The notes beneath the pieces are model-generated. The model saw only the letters and a program-made list of their open reading frames with translations, did no database searches and was not told the DNA's origin. Shown in pieces: positions 43,928-55,854 of a DNA stretch of 64,000 nt. Each line of letters starts with the position of its first letter. The first letter of the stretch is position 1. A program made the position numbers and the translations under genes. This stretch comes from Paraspadella gotoi (Eukaryota > Animalia > Chaetognatha): assembly GCA_051294375.1 (NCBI GenBank), contig CM119263.1, positions 16,613,802 to 16,677,801 on the forward strand, written 5' to 3'.

Positions 43928-45435
43928 TAGATTCCTCCATCGATTTTTAATTTTGTCAGACGTTTTCTCATTTTTTACCCTATTTTTTTGACACGCTAAA
44001 CGTTTCTCTGATTGCGAAGTAGATTGTGTGAATCAAAAAACTAGTAATATCATAGTTAGTGTTATGTCTCGAATAGACGGAAAAAAATCCTCGTTTAAAA
44101 ATTCATTCGGGAAGTGATGAGTAACCGAAGCCTTACCAGTGGGCATTGTCACCCGTCAAACATCTCAAAAAATATATTTTTATTTAATATGTTGAAATGG
44201 GAAAATACAAAATTCAGAATGCGGGTTCCGCCTTGTATGCACATCAAATAAAATGTTTTTAAAAGTTTGGGCACTTCCATGTCTTGGGGCTTGGGGGCAA
44301 AAGGGCGAATTAAAAAATTTTACCTTTTATCAGTAAACAATGACTTCAAGATGAGTAGATTTTAATTTTTTTTTTCTTCACTGAATTTTTATTTAAGAAG
44401 AAATAAAAGAAAGCTAAAATAAATTATCTTTTTTTCTATTTAAAAAAAAATTATCAATACAATTTAACAATGATGTCTTGCTTTGTCAAATATGTCCCCA
44501 GCTATGTAATTATTTTAAAATTTTATTATGATAAACAAGCAGTGTGTCAAGCTTTTGTTTGCAGTTGAAGATAATGAACGATTTTTTCTCCACAGACAAG
44601 AAGGTAGAGTCCAGACTGTTTATATTTAAGCTGAAAACATTTTGTATTTATCATTTTTTATATTTAAAAAACATTTTATCAAGCTACTACATAAATTTTT
44701 GCTTGTTTTTACTTTAACTGAAAAATGCAAGCAATTTTATGCAGTAGAGAAAATTTAATGGTATCAAAATGTAATTTAGGCTTTCCTTTTTCAATTAAGA
44801 AAGAAAAACAACAAATTTCATATAGCTTCAATGAAATTTTTAATCCAAAAAACTGTTATACTTTTAACTCCGATTTAAATAAAGGCTGTGTAAAGATTTA
44901 TGGATAAAATTAATAAAATTATTTAGAAAGGGTCCATATGATTAGGGCTTAAATTTAATACCTCGCCACGTTCCTATCTCTTTTCTTTCAAAAGTTTCAA
45001 GAAAATAACTTTTTTTACCGTTAGAGAACTAAAGATTGAACTACGCAGTACAAATTTTGTTAAATAAAATTTCGGCAGAGCAGGAGTATCTCATTTATCC
45101 TATGGTATCAATACCTAAATTTCAAAATAAAACCTAAAGAAAAATTTCTGCCCTCTAAGATGACTTCAGGTGTACCCAATTGTCTCCACACAATTATTTG
45201 AAGCAATCAGTGAAACGTTTCCTCTTTTTTTAAATAGTGTACTAGCGTCAGAATCTAAGAAGAAACTCGAAAATTTTATTCTGACATTTTGCTTTCAAGG
45301 CTAGTTATGACTATATCTCAAATCATTGTAGGAATTAAAAACGGTTTTTTTGCAAGTGAATATTGATATCATCCTCAAGGGACCGCAAAAAATATATAAA
45401 ATATATATGATATTAGCTCTCGGGTGAGGTATCTA
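43928..45435. mobile_element. 1.5-kb non-autonomous DNA transposon in polB
   Basis: 7-bp TSD GACTAAG (43921-43927, 45436-45442), termini TAGATTCCTC / GAGGTATCTA. Removal restores the frame DFLVTK-LYESK. Confidence 0.85.
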
Positions 45436-47137
45436 GACTAAGCTTTATGAGAGTAAAACTTGCGAAGCTTGCCGATCGAAAAAAAAGTCGGAGCCCCTCT
45501 GCGAACCTTGTTATGAAAAATTAAAAAATATTTTTTTTAATACTCATCATTTTGTTATCAGCAATAATTATGGAAAAAAGCTATTTCCCAATTTTTTGGC
45601 TAAGGCTGCATATTTTTATGATTTTATAGAGGGTGTAAATGTTTTACAGCAGACGGAGTTTCCTAAACACGAAGATTTTTATTCTAGGCTCAAACGAAAA
45701 AATATATCTAAAAAAGACTATGACGAAGCATTAGAAATGTATCAAGAATTAAAATGTAAAAATTTGGCAGATTACACTAGGATTTATTGTCAATTAGATG
45801 TTTTATTACTTATAGATGTTATCTCTAATCTAAGAAAGGAGTTATATAAATATTATAAATTAGATCTTACCCGCTATTTATCTTTAGCAGCGTTTGCGTT
45901 TGTTGCTTGCAAGCACGTGTCCAATGTAAAATTAGATTGTGTCAGATCCATTGATATTTATAAAGATATAAAAAAAGCTATACGTGGAGGATATAGTGGG
46001 ATTTTTGTTAATTTTGCGCAAAGCTCCGATGAGTTAATTACAGAGCCAATCCCTGAAGAAATAAGTAAAATAAGCGACAAATTGTTAGACGAAGCTCAGA
46101 GAAGTTTTTCTTATTGTATTAAAAAGATTGATTCTCCCTCTAGCGAGAGCGGGACTGAAGTAGAGGAGCAAACTGAGAAAACAAAAGACATTTGGCGAGG
46201 CTTGAGGCATAATGAAAATTATAAATATGACAGTTGTTCTATCTTACCACTCGACATTAATGCTTTATATGCTAGTATTTTGTTAAAATATAAATTACCA
46301 TATGGAGGGCTTAGATACCTTAGAGGTAGAGAGTTGAGAGACATTAAAAATGAATTTTTAAATAATTTAGGTAATAACATTGATAATTTTGGCCCCGTGG
46401 GCTATTTTGGTAATGTTAATATTTCATTTCCGGATGAAGTCAAGTATTTATTTCAGAATTTTCCGCCATTAACTGAAAATAGAGAGATAAACCCTAACGA
46501 ACTCTCTCCCTTTCTTATGCAAAAAACCGGAACGAAAATTGGTCATACTCAAAAATTAATTGTAGATTTTAATATTAAAAAAAATTATCTTATACATTTT
46601 GTTTTTTTAAAATACCTTCTTAATAAAGGAGTTAAATTACTCCGCATCAACAGAATAATTTTTTTTCGCCCGGCCGTCTTATTTCGAAAATTTGTTCAAC
46701 AAAATATTGATTTAAGGGCAAAATATAATGATTTAGATAAGCATAAAGCAGGGCAGTATAAGCTGTTGAATAACGTAGTATATGGGAAATTAGTCGAGAG
46801 TAAGGCAAATAGACTTAATTATAAATTTATTGTAAGTCCAAAACAGGCGCTTAAGGCCATTTCCGATCACTCTTTTATAGACGCTATCATTTTGTCTGAA
46901 AACTGTATTTATTCTAAATCTTTTAATAAAAAGGTTTTGCTTGACGATTGCGTCTATACCGGAAATGCCGTCCTTGATCTCAGTAAGTTCTACCTGCAGA
47001 TATGCTTACATGACTTTATAATACCAAGCTTTAGGGTGCAGCCTCAAGCCAATAACGTACACGTACTCGCCACGGATACTGACAGCGCCATTATAAAATG
47101 TTTATATAATTCAAAAATTCATGGTAAATCATTCTTT

Positions 47138-49483
47138 TACAAGATAGAGGGGCGTTTACCGCCACAGCTCTTCCCCATCTCCGTCGTCCCTCCTCCTCAA
47201 TCCCTCCTCCCATCCTCGGCAACCCTCGGGCCGGGACAAGGACTTACTCTCAGCTCAAGTGCAAAGTCGGGGCCACAGAAACCTCCTCCCTCTCCTCTAT
47301 TTTGTACATAACCGTCCTTACTAATACTTTAACCTTATTGCTCCATAATCTTTACTTACCAATCTTTTTCCCTGATGAGAGACTAGTTGAACTAGACCTT
47401 AGCTAGATACCAATCTTACAGTGACCCTATCAGGCCTCTCCCCAAGGTTTAACTTCTCAGGATTAAGTTATTCACTGTTCTACCGATAATGGCTACCGGC
47501 AAACTCCACCCTAATTTTTTCTTTCGCATCTTTCCTTATTTAATTTTTTTTATCCCTTTTTTTCTTAAAAACCAAAGCAAAACAAAACAGCACAGTTTTG
47601 TATTTATTCTTCCTCGTAACACAAAATCTGGTTACCATAGTGTTGCAACGCCACAAATATACACTTTAATCAAATGTCACTCCTTATCATTCCATTAGGC
47701 AGTCTTCTAACCAGGTCATGTTAGGATCGTGGTGAACGGCAAGATGGGAACTGCAGTCATAGGCGAGGCGAGGTGTCTGCGGCATGGAACGCAAAGAGGA
47801 ACGGCAGCAAGCAAAAAACCGCACCTGAGAAAAAGCCGAGACATTGACCCTACCCCTAGCACACCTCTCCTTAGGCGCACTTCCAGGTACCCTTCGGCGG
47901 CTGCTCAACTGCGACCCGAACCTTTCCATGCTCGAAGGCAAACCTACCTTATCGTCACAGCAACCATTTCCTGCAATATCGCACCACAGAACTCTTTGAC
48001 TACGCTCCCACATTTGCAGTTTTTTGCCCGTATCGGCCACCTCCAAACTGCCTAATTCCAGCAGGCATTCAGGTTTTGAAATATTGTCCATCTAAGCTTT
48101 GTCGTTCTATTATCTCATTGAACTGTAATTGTAATTCCGACCTATTTTCCGTAATGTTGACTTTTATTCATTACTATTCTGCTTACATCTAACAAACCGT
48201 AGCATTCATGTTTAACATCTTTAAACTATCGCTACATCTCATGAATTTAATTAATTAAATCTTTTATTCCCTATTCTATATCCTTTTGTGTTACCATTTA
48301 ATGAAATTACCAGTTGAATTTCTATTCAATTTAATAGGACCCCTTTTGTTTTTGGTTATGAACTTTTAGGCGTTAACTTTTAACCATTTGTATTTTTGTT
48401 CCCGTTTGTAATCCTGCGAGCGCGAGAGAAGCGCGCGCAAAAAAAAAAAAATCAACAAAACAAAGAAAAAGAAAGTAAAATAAAAAGATGAAAAAAAATA
48501 AATAAAAAAATATAAATAAATATACAAAAACTATAAAAAAAACTTTGTTGAAAACAAAAAAAAGCTAAATACGAAAAAAAACGTATTTCATAAGGGTGAG
48601 AAAAAAAAAAGTCTCACAATTTAACATCCCCCATTCCATTCAATTGTACTGTGTAGCGCCGTATGTATGTGTTGTGGGATCTATGTAATAGTATAAAGCA
48701 TCTCAGTTTTGAATGTAAATCCCCAACGTAACAACGCTCGCCCGCCCCCGACTAAGAATGCAGCGACTTACCCACGCAACCAACTGCGCGGTCGACTTGA
48801 AAATTTCTCCAAAGACGATCCCCCTCTCCAACTACTCCGGACTCCTCCCCGAAACTTCCTTCTGTCCCAATAAACTCTTTATAGACGCCTTCTCCACTAC
48901 TAAACTTCACTGAAACCAGCGACCCCCCTCCGAACTCTTTTGGAGCTTCCCGAATCCCCATGAGAGCATCAGCGCCCCAAAAATCTCCTCTCTTGACGCA
49001 ATTTCACCAAGCCGAGCAGAAAAACGACGCCCCACGCTACCCATGTGGCCTCTGACTCCCGAATCCCGCAATGAGACATCAGCGTCCCCCGCCAAAAATC
49101 TCTCTCTGACGGTCAATTCACCAAGCCAGCAGAAGACGACGCCCCACCCTAAACGCCATTGTGGGCCATGGTGGACGTCTCGGTTAAGAGAGGGGCGCAA
49201 GATAGAGGGCGGTTTACCGCCAAGTCTCCCCATCTCTGTCGTCCTCCTCCTCATCCCCTCCTCACCATCCCTCCGGCAAACCCTCGGGCGGACCCAAGAT
49301 TCACTCTCAGCTCAAGTCACAAAGTCGGGGCACCAAGAAAAACCTCCTCCCTCTCCCTCTTATTTTGTAATAACCGTCCTAACTATACTTTAGACTTTAT
49401 TAAGACTCCATATCTTTACTTACCTCTTTTCCCTGATGAGAGACTAGTTAGAACCTACCTTTAGCTAGATACCCATCTTCCCA
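47138..49483 (+). mobile_element. Non-autonomous LTR retroelement (TRIM/LARD-like) in polB
   Basis: ~285-bp direct repeats 47138-47420 and 49196-49483 with degenerate TGCAAGAT...ATCTTACA ends. PPT AAGAGAGGGG at 49186-49195. 4-bp TSD CTTT/GTTT. Removal restores SFF-YKSLAK. No gag/pol seen. Confidence 0.85.
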
Positions 49484-50533
49484 GTTTTATAAGTCTCTTG
49501 CTAAGCTACACAAATTATTAGACGTTTCTAATTTAGATCATGATCATCCATATTTTACATGTAACGAAGAAATAAAAGACACACTGCTGGAATATAAAAA
49601 AAAAAATGAAAAAATCAATGGCAAGTTTAAGATCGATTTACCAAAAGATCAAATAGCTGTTCAGTTCGTTGTCGTAAAGGCTAAAGCTTATAGTTTATTA
49701 ACATTTGATTATAAAAAAAAATGTTTTAATAAAAAAATTAGATTAAAAGGCGTTGACAGTGCAGCGGTTGAACATATCAGCATAACAGATTATGTAAAAA
49801 GTTTATATTTTCAGAGTACACAATATACTAAATCATGCTCGTTACGTAGCCAACGGCATATAATGTATTTAATTGAATTGTCAAAGAAAAGCTTAAATCC
49901 ATGTGATTTAAAATTTTATTCGGTTAATGCCGTTCAAAATCTCCCTTTTAATCACCCTGATATAAAAATTTTTGAACGAATTATGATGTTTCAGATGCCA
50001 AAGCAAATTAAAGAAAAATATAAAGATATTTTAGAGAAAAAAAAGAATAAAAAGTAATTTTTGTAGATATTATTGTTTTTTTCACATATATTTAAATAGG
50101 TTTTGTAACTATTGTACATATTGTTTTTTCATATCTTTGTATTCAAATATGTTTTGTAACTATGTTGTATAACATGTGTGTATTTAAATGTCCCGTAAAT
50201 ATATAACCATGCTTTGTGTAACTATGTACTGTAAATATATGTCAATATTATTCAATTTGAAGTTTTATAATAATTATTTTAATTAACTAGTCAGTAATTC
50301 TTGAAATAGTTTAGTTTGCCTCCGTCTCGTTTCCGCCTGTCAAAAATAGGTTTTGTCATGAGAGAGAGAGAGAGACTAACCCGTGGACGAGTTTTTTTCC
50401 GGTGAAGATTGGGTCGTGGCGTTAATATCGGAGACTCCGTCGGTGAAAAAGGGCTTCCCTTCCGCTCGATATTTTTCGGCACATACACGCCGGGCAACGT
50501 CTGATTGTCCGAGAGAGATTAGTTAACCAGCGA

Positions 50534-50716
50534 TTAATAAAATTTACTATCGTCATCATCATCATGATTATTATCTAATAATTTACCTAATCGGTAGGAT
50601 CCTTGTAATACGAGATGCTCTAGACAGCTATCATAGTCAGTCATTGTTCGCCCCGAAGACATCGCCGTCCACAGGATTAAAACGGCCAGCTGCGCTACTA
50701 AGATTTTCGCACTCAT
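50534..50716 (-). CDS. Small predicted secreted peptide (60 aa) of the pPolB element
   Basis: Signal-peptide-like MSAKILVAQLAVLILWTAMSSG, acidic tail. Confidence 0.55.
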   Translation of the reverse strand: MSAKILVAQLAVLILWTAMSSGRTMTDYDSCLEHLVLQGSYRLGKLLDNNHDDDDDSKFY

Positions 50717-51518
50717 TTTAATGTCAGCGCGTAGTTTTTATTAACTAGTCTTTTTTTTTATAGTCTCGACTTTGGATAAAATGTCAGCTGATTAAAAAAC
50801 AAGAAAAGAAAAAACATTGTTTTTTAAAATTTTCATTACTATATTTATTACTATTAATACAAAATATTGATTAATACAAAACATTGACAAAGAAATATTT
50901 TTTTAAAAACTATATAAGAAACATTTTTTAAGTTTTACAAAAAAAAGAAAAACTACACAAATACATATTTAATCATGAATGATAGACACACAATGATACA
51001 TTTTTTTATTTTTTTTTTAAGAGTTTTTTATTTTTTTTTATTTTTTAGTTGTTAGTAGAATAAATTATATTATTATAATTATTATTATTATTATTAATAT
51101 GCCAATTTTTTTGGTTGTAAGTAAAACAAGTTATATTAATATTTTTAAGACATTGAAACTATATTAAGATTTTTTAAAGATTTTTAAGATAAACTACATT
51201 AAGATAAGGAAAATAATGGGCGCGCAGCCAAAGAGTGTTTACTGTACAAATATAACCAAGGAAACATTTATACATTAAATATGAATGATAATTTAAATAC
51301 ATGATTTAAAAATGAGCGTGATAAACAATTTTTTATTATTATTATTATTATTATTATTTTTTTAAACAAGGGCGTAACCCAGACAGCTAGAATAAACTAT
51401 TAATAGAATCACGGTCATTTCTAAATATGCAGAGCATACAGTAAAAATAATGGTTAAAAAAGGAATAATGTTAGCCACAAAGAAACGAATATAATCTCTA
51501 TATAAAATTAAAACATAA

Positions 51519-51552
<34 letters not shown>

Positions 51553-51640
51553 TACACAGAGAGAGAGAGAGAGAGAGAGAGACACAAGCGGACGGACCAC
51601 GAGATCGATATATAATTTACAAAGGAAAATAATAAAAAAG

Positions 51641-54348
51641 CTAACGCCGTTTACACTGCTGCTGCTGCTGCTGTTTATTATCGTAAGACGCCACTTCGTC
51701 GTCGTCGTCGTCGTCGTTGTCGTCAGAGACGATGAACAACTCGTCGTTATTGTCTCTGAAACCTTCGTCGTCCTCGTCGGAAAAAATTCGTTCGTTTCCG
51801 TTGACGGGTGGGGAGATTCGCGGTCGAAGAGTGAGGGGTCTAGCGAGAGGGTCTTTATTTTCTTTGTCTTCGTCGTCGTCCTCTTCTAAAATCTCGCCGT
51901 CCTCGACCAGCCACTTTTCTGGTTTTTTAGGGGGGCGACCTAGGGGCGAAGACGATAACGGCGCCGTTTTGATAGGGGCGAATCGGACGGGCGGACGATT
52001 GCTCAGTTTATTGTTTTTGTTTTTCATGGGCGCCGATAATTTAAGAACGTTTTGTTGAGACGAAGAGGGTGCGGCGGGTGGCTCGGGATTGCGAAAAGGT
52101 TCGTCGCGGCAAAGTTTTCGTTTTTTAAGAGGGAGAATATCTTGGAGCGCAGAGTCTAAAGAGTCCGAATGACGCATCTTTTTGCCGAGCGGAAAAAGAA
52201 TTTAGCTCTTGGCAATTTTCCATCCCCGTCTCCCTCCCCTCCCTCCTCCCTCTCATCTCGCTCCGCCTCCTCTTCTTCCTCCTCTTCATCGCCCGACGAC
52301 TTAACGTAAGGAATGGTGGCGTCGTCTTCCTCTTCTTCCTCCTCCTCCTCTTCCTCCAGCTCCTTCTTCGTAGAGATTTCGTAACGACGGAGGGCTCCGC
52401 CGCTGCCGTCCCCGGTTTTAGTGGCCGGCTCCCAACGGTATTGTTTGCGAGGAGTCGCTTCGTCGAGAAGAAGATTGGCGGGTCGTTTTTTGCTGACAAT
52501 TTGATCCGGCCGCGTGGAAAAACCCGTCGCCAACACCGCCGTCGCCTTATACGTCGCCGCTCGTCGAAGCCGGTCCGCCTCTTGCCGCTCTTGCTGCTTA
52601 CGTAACACTTTCAAGGCCTCCGAGGTCAGTTCCAGAGGATTCGCGGTTGGGGGAGCGGGGGAGCGGGGGATGTTGCCGGGCCCGGGCCCCCGGTCTCGCC
52701 CGCCCGGCGAGACCCAGCGCCGGCGTCCCCGCCGCCGGCCGACCCAGTCTTGCCCGCCCGGCGAGACCCGACACCAGCGCCGGCGTCCCCGCCGCCGGCC
52801 GACGCACCGCCCGATTGCTGCAAATCTTTTAGATTTTTAGTTGGGAGAAAAGAAGAGCGAATTTTGCCGATAGCGGATGTTGAAGAGTCGGCCGAGGCGA
52901 TGCTGGTCGAGGAGGAAACGTGGGCGGCTTCTCTCTGGCTGCCAACGTTATTGCTCTCGCCGTGCCTGGAAGCTATTTTCTGACTCCAGGCCGACGAGAT
53001 TGGCTGGGAAGAGACGCGGTCGTCGTCGTCGTTGTCGTCGTCGCCGTCAGAGAGGAATCCTTTCGTATGAAGTCGGGTTTTTTTTCGTCGTCGTCGTCGT
53101 CGAAGATGAGGTAGGAGGCGTTGGTTTTTCCGAAGCGGGATGGGGTTTGAGAGATTGAGGATAGGGAGGGAGAGGGGGAATGGGTGGGGGGAGATTATGA
53201 GGGGCTTCGTAAATGATGCCGGGGCGGCGTTTAGGGGCGCTGGAGTCGAAGCATCTTTTTCTTCCGATAATCTGCAAGTTCATGTCGCCGATAAAGTCTT
53301 GCCTGGCGTAGGTCAGAACTTGCTGGTGTATGAGAGTCATGATGGCGCGGATAGAGAAAGATCCTTCCCGTTCGTTGAGATTAAGCACGCGCCTAATGCA
53401 GATGGGTTCTTCGGCACCTCCGTCATACTGAGAACAAATGTCGCAAAATGACCTCGTCTGTCTGTCCACGTGTCGATGACCTTTCGCCTCCGACTCCAAA
53501 AATTGATCCACTTTCCAAGCGACGCCTTCCTGGAGCTCTTTAAGCTCAAAACCTTTGAGAGAAAATGAAGGAGATTTAGGATTTATATAACAATCTCTGC
53601 CGTCGCCAAATTCGTCTTCGCCTCTAGGCATGAGTATCCCGGGGCAGTTTTCTCCTTGAACTCTGGTGTAATGAGCTATTTTAATCGAAGGAAATACTCT
53701 CCGAGATGGATCGTTTCTTCCATACTCCACACTCACGAAGACCCCTCTGACGTGGGATAAAGGGTAAAAGCTCCCCTCTTTTAGATACAATGCGTTGGCA
53801 TAGCCGATCTCCGCTTGAGTGGCATCAACGGGCAGATCGGTCATGCTTTGAGATTCTCCATTTTCATTTAACTCGTTTAATTCAGCCGCTTGCTTAGTTT
53901 TAGCGGCGAAGGCAGCTCCTATGCTCCCGAAATTGCTGACGAAAACGCACCATTCTTTAAAGCTGATACCGAGATTTTGTTTGAATAAAACTCGATCCAC
54001 TTCCAGATTGGACATAACCTTTTTTTCCCACAAAAGTCCAGAATTACGGATTTTAATGGTTATGTTTTCGCCTAGAGAAAATTCCACGTTGGCTCTGCTC
54101 AGCCCAAATTCTCCAACCGCGCCATTTGCTTTTTTCTCAGAAAGGATCCGAGGAGTAACACGGACGTGGCCCCCACCCGTCAACGTACCAGGGTTCGCCT
54201 TCCTCGTCGCCGTCTTCGTCGGCGTCTCCTTCGGCGTCGTCAGCGTCGCCTTCGACGTCGGCGTCTTTCTCGTCGTCGTCTTGGACGGCGTCGCCTTCGT
54301 TGTCGTGGTCGTGGTCGTCGTCGTCGTTTTCTTCGACGGGCGCGACAT
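51641..54348 (-). CDS. Large (~900 aa, frameshifted) protein with PC4/Sub1-like N-terminal globular region and an acidic/Gly/Ser low-complexity tail with NLS
   Basis: 433-aa ORF 53047-54348 followed by co-oriented overlapping frames to 51641. LGENITIKIR...GISFKEW and SFSLKGFELKEL resemble the PC4 GISL..EQW pattern. PLKKRK NLS. Confidence 0.6.
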
Positions 54349-55051
54349 GGGGCGACCCGATAGAGCCTTACCGGTTAGCGCTAAACTGATGCTAATCTAT
54401 CGCAAAATTTTCTTAAAATCTCATTTTTATTATTATTAACAGAAACGCTATTTATTGTCTGTCGGTCGCGACGGCGGTGGCGGTGGCGGTGGCAACAGCG
54501 CGATGGCGCTGCTGGCGTCGCGGGCGGGCTGCGGTGGCAGTGCAGTTGCGTCGGCGGCGCGAGGCGGCAGCAGCGCGGGGGAGAGAGGAAGGAGAAGAAG
54601 ACGACGACGAGGACGACGTCTTATTTGACGCCGAGCGACGATGTCAACGATGATGTCGACGATGGAAGGGGGGAGGGAGGTGGGGATTCGGGGAGGGAGA
54701 GGAAAACGAAGAAGAGTTTTAAAAAGAGAGAGAGAAGGAATGGGGGAGGGAGGGGAGGGAGAGGGAAAAACGATTTTTTATTGTCCGCGGTTTTTTTAAT
54801 AAATTTTTTCCGCATGAACCTTTTGTTTTGATAACTAGCTAAATTTAATAAATTCTAATTGAGTTGAGTTGAGTAAACAAAAATAGAGTCGACGAGTTTG
54901 TTTTATTAATGGAACGATAAATAAAGCGCGAATAAACTAAAAAGTTAACAATCTGTTACCCATTTTTCAGATATTTAAATTTAATTAATTTGACTTAGCG
55001 AGCGACAAAGTCTGTCCCGCGCAATTTTATTTGTTATTGAATAAAAAAAAT

Positions 55052-55258
55052 TTTATACCGCGATTTAAATAAGCGGTTGCCAGACGACGATGTCTGTCGT
55101 GCTCGAAAGTTGAGATGCCTTATTTGCATATTGCCGACGCCAAACGAAAATGTCTGTTTTACTCCATCATGAGTTCAGCGATGCAAACGTGGTCTTGCGT
55201 GCAACATCCATAGATTGCCTTAGGTCACACGTTGCTCGCACTCCATTGTGCATCTACT
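55052..55258 (-). repeat. Right terminal inverted repeat of the pPolB element
   Basis: Reverse complement of 26765-26971, followed by the TSD GAGAGG. Confidence 0.95.
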
Positions 55259-55854
55259 GAGAGGTATAATAGGAGTCAACGGAAATTAATTCAATTGCAC
55301 TAAATTTGTATAGCAGCCATGGAACTAAAGTATTAGCCTTTCAAAACGGTTTTTTTGGAAATCAAACTCATAAGTGGTAAGGCAAAGGTGGAGTATGGAA
55401 TCAATGATATCCTTGGTCCTGTACCATTAAGGCCACAATGTATTTCTGACCATGTCTATCCGTTTATGTTAAATGAGACCGCCCCTTCTTTAAGATTGCG
55501 CAATGCCAACCTAACGATTTCGTCGGGATGGTTAAATCGTGAAGCCCGCTTTTTCCTGGGATCCCGAATCCGAAACCGTTTTTAAAGCGATGTTATTTTT
55601 CAACATTTATTCATTTATTTATTAACCTGTTCTTTGATTTCTTCATTTATTCATTTAGTTATCCCTTATTCTCATTTCATTACATTTCAAAAGTGTTAAT
55701 TTTTTTTGCATTTCTTGATTTTGGACCTATTATAAAACCGAGAGAACGGAAAAATTAGGCGAGCGGAAAACGGTTTTTTACATTTTTTCCGGTAGATATA
55801 GATATAAGTCGAAAAAATAGGAGGGCTCGAGATAAGGTTATTCACTTTTTGTAA

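Larger units (their letters stand above)
40002..50057 (+). pseudogene. polB: Protein-primed family B DNA polymerase (Polinton type), interrupted by three insertions
   Basis: Segments 40002-42503, 43609-43927, 45443-47137, 49488-50057. Motifs: SGL..LP..L..KK.LI.V.N.DN.C, ExoI CDTEA, CELC..HHEH..CHRCN, ExoII HNLSYD, FVDS, ExoIII YCQLDV, IRGG, PolA DINALY, PolB KLLNNVVYGK, PolC TDTDS, GKFK, KAYS, LKGV. Confidence 0.93.
26765..55258. mobile_element. Polinton/Maverick-like pPolB element (endogenous virus-like), 28.5 kb with nested insertions, ~14 kb native
   Basis: TIRs start AGTAGATGCAC and end GTGCATCTACT. Identical 6-bp flanks GAGAGG at 26759-26764 and 55259-55264. Internal protein-primed PolB. 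Confidence 0.93.

Noticed and set aside
47141-47311. Pro-rich C-terminus of the 571-aa ORF as part of PolB
   Set aside because: It is readthrough into the inserted LTR; the true C-terminus resumes at 49488.
47372-47400. CTGATGAG in the LTRs of the non-autonomous element as a hammerhead core
   Set aside because: No correctly placed GAAA or stem II in either LTR copy.
42504-49483. polB interruptions as inteins or introns
   Set aside because: They are not open frames, lack GT-AG ends, and two show TSDs with TIR/LTR structure.
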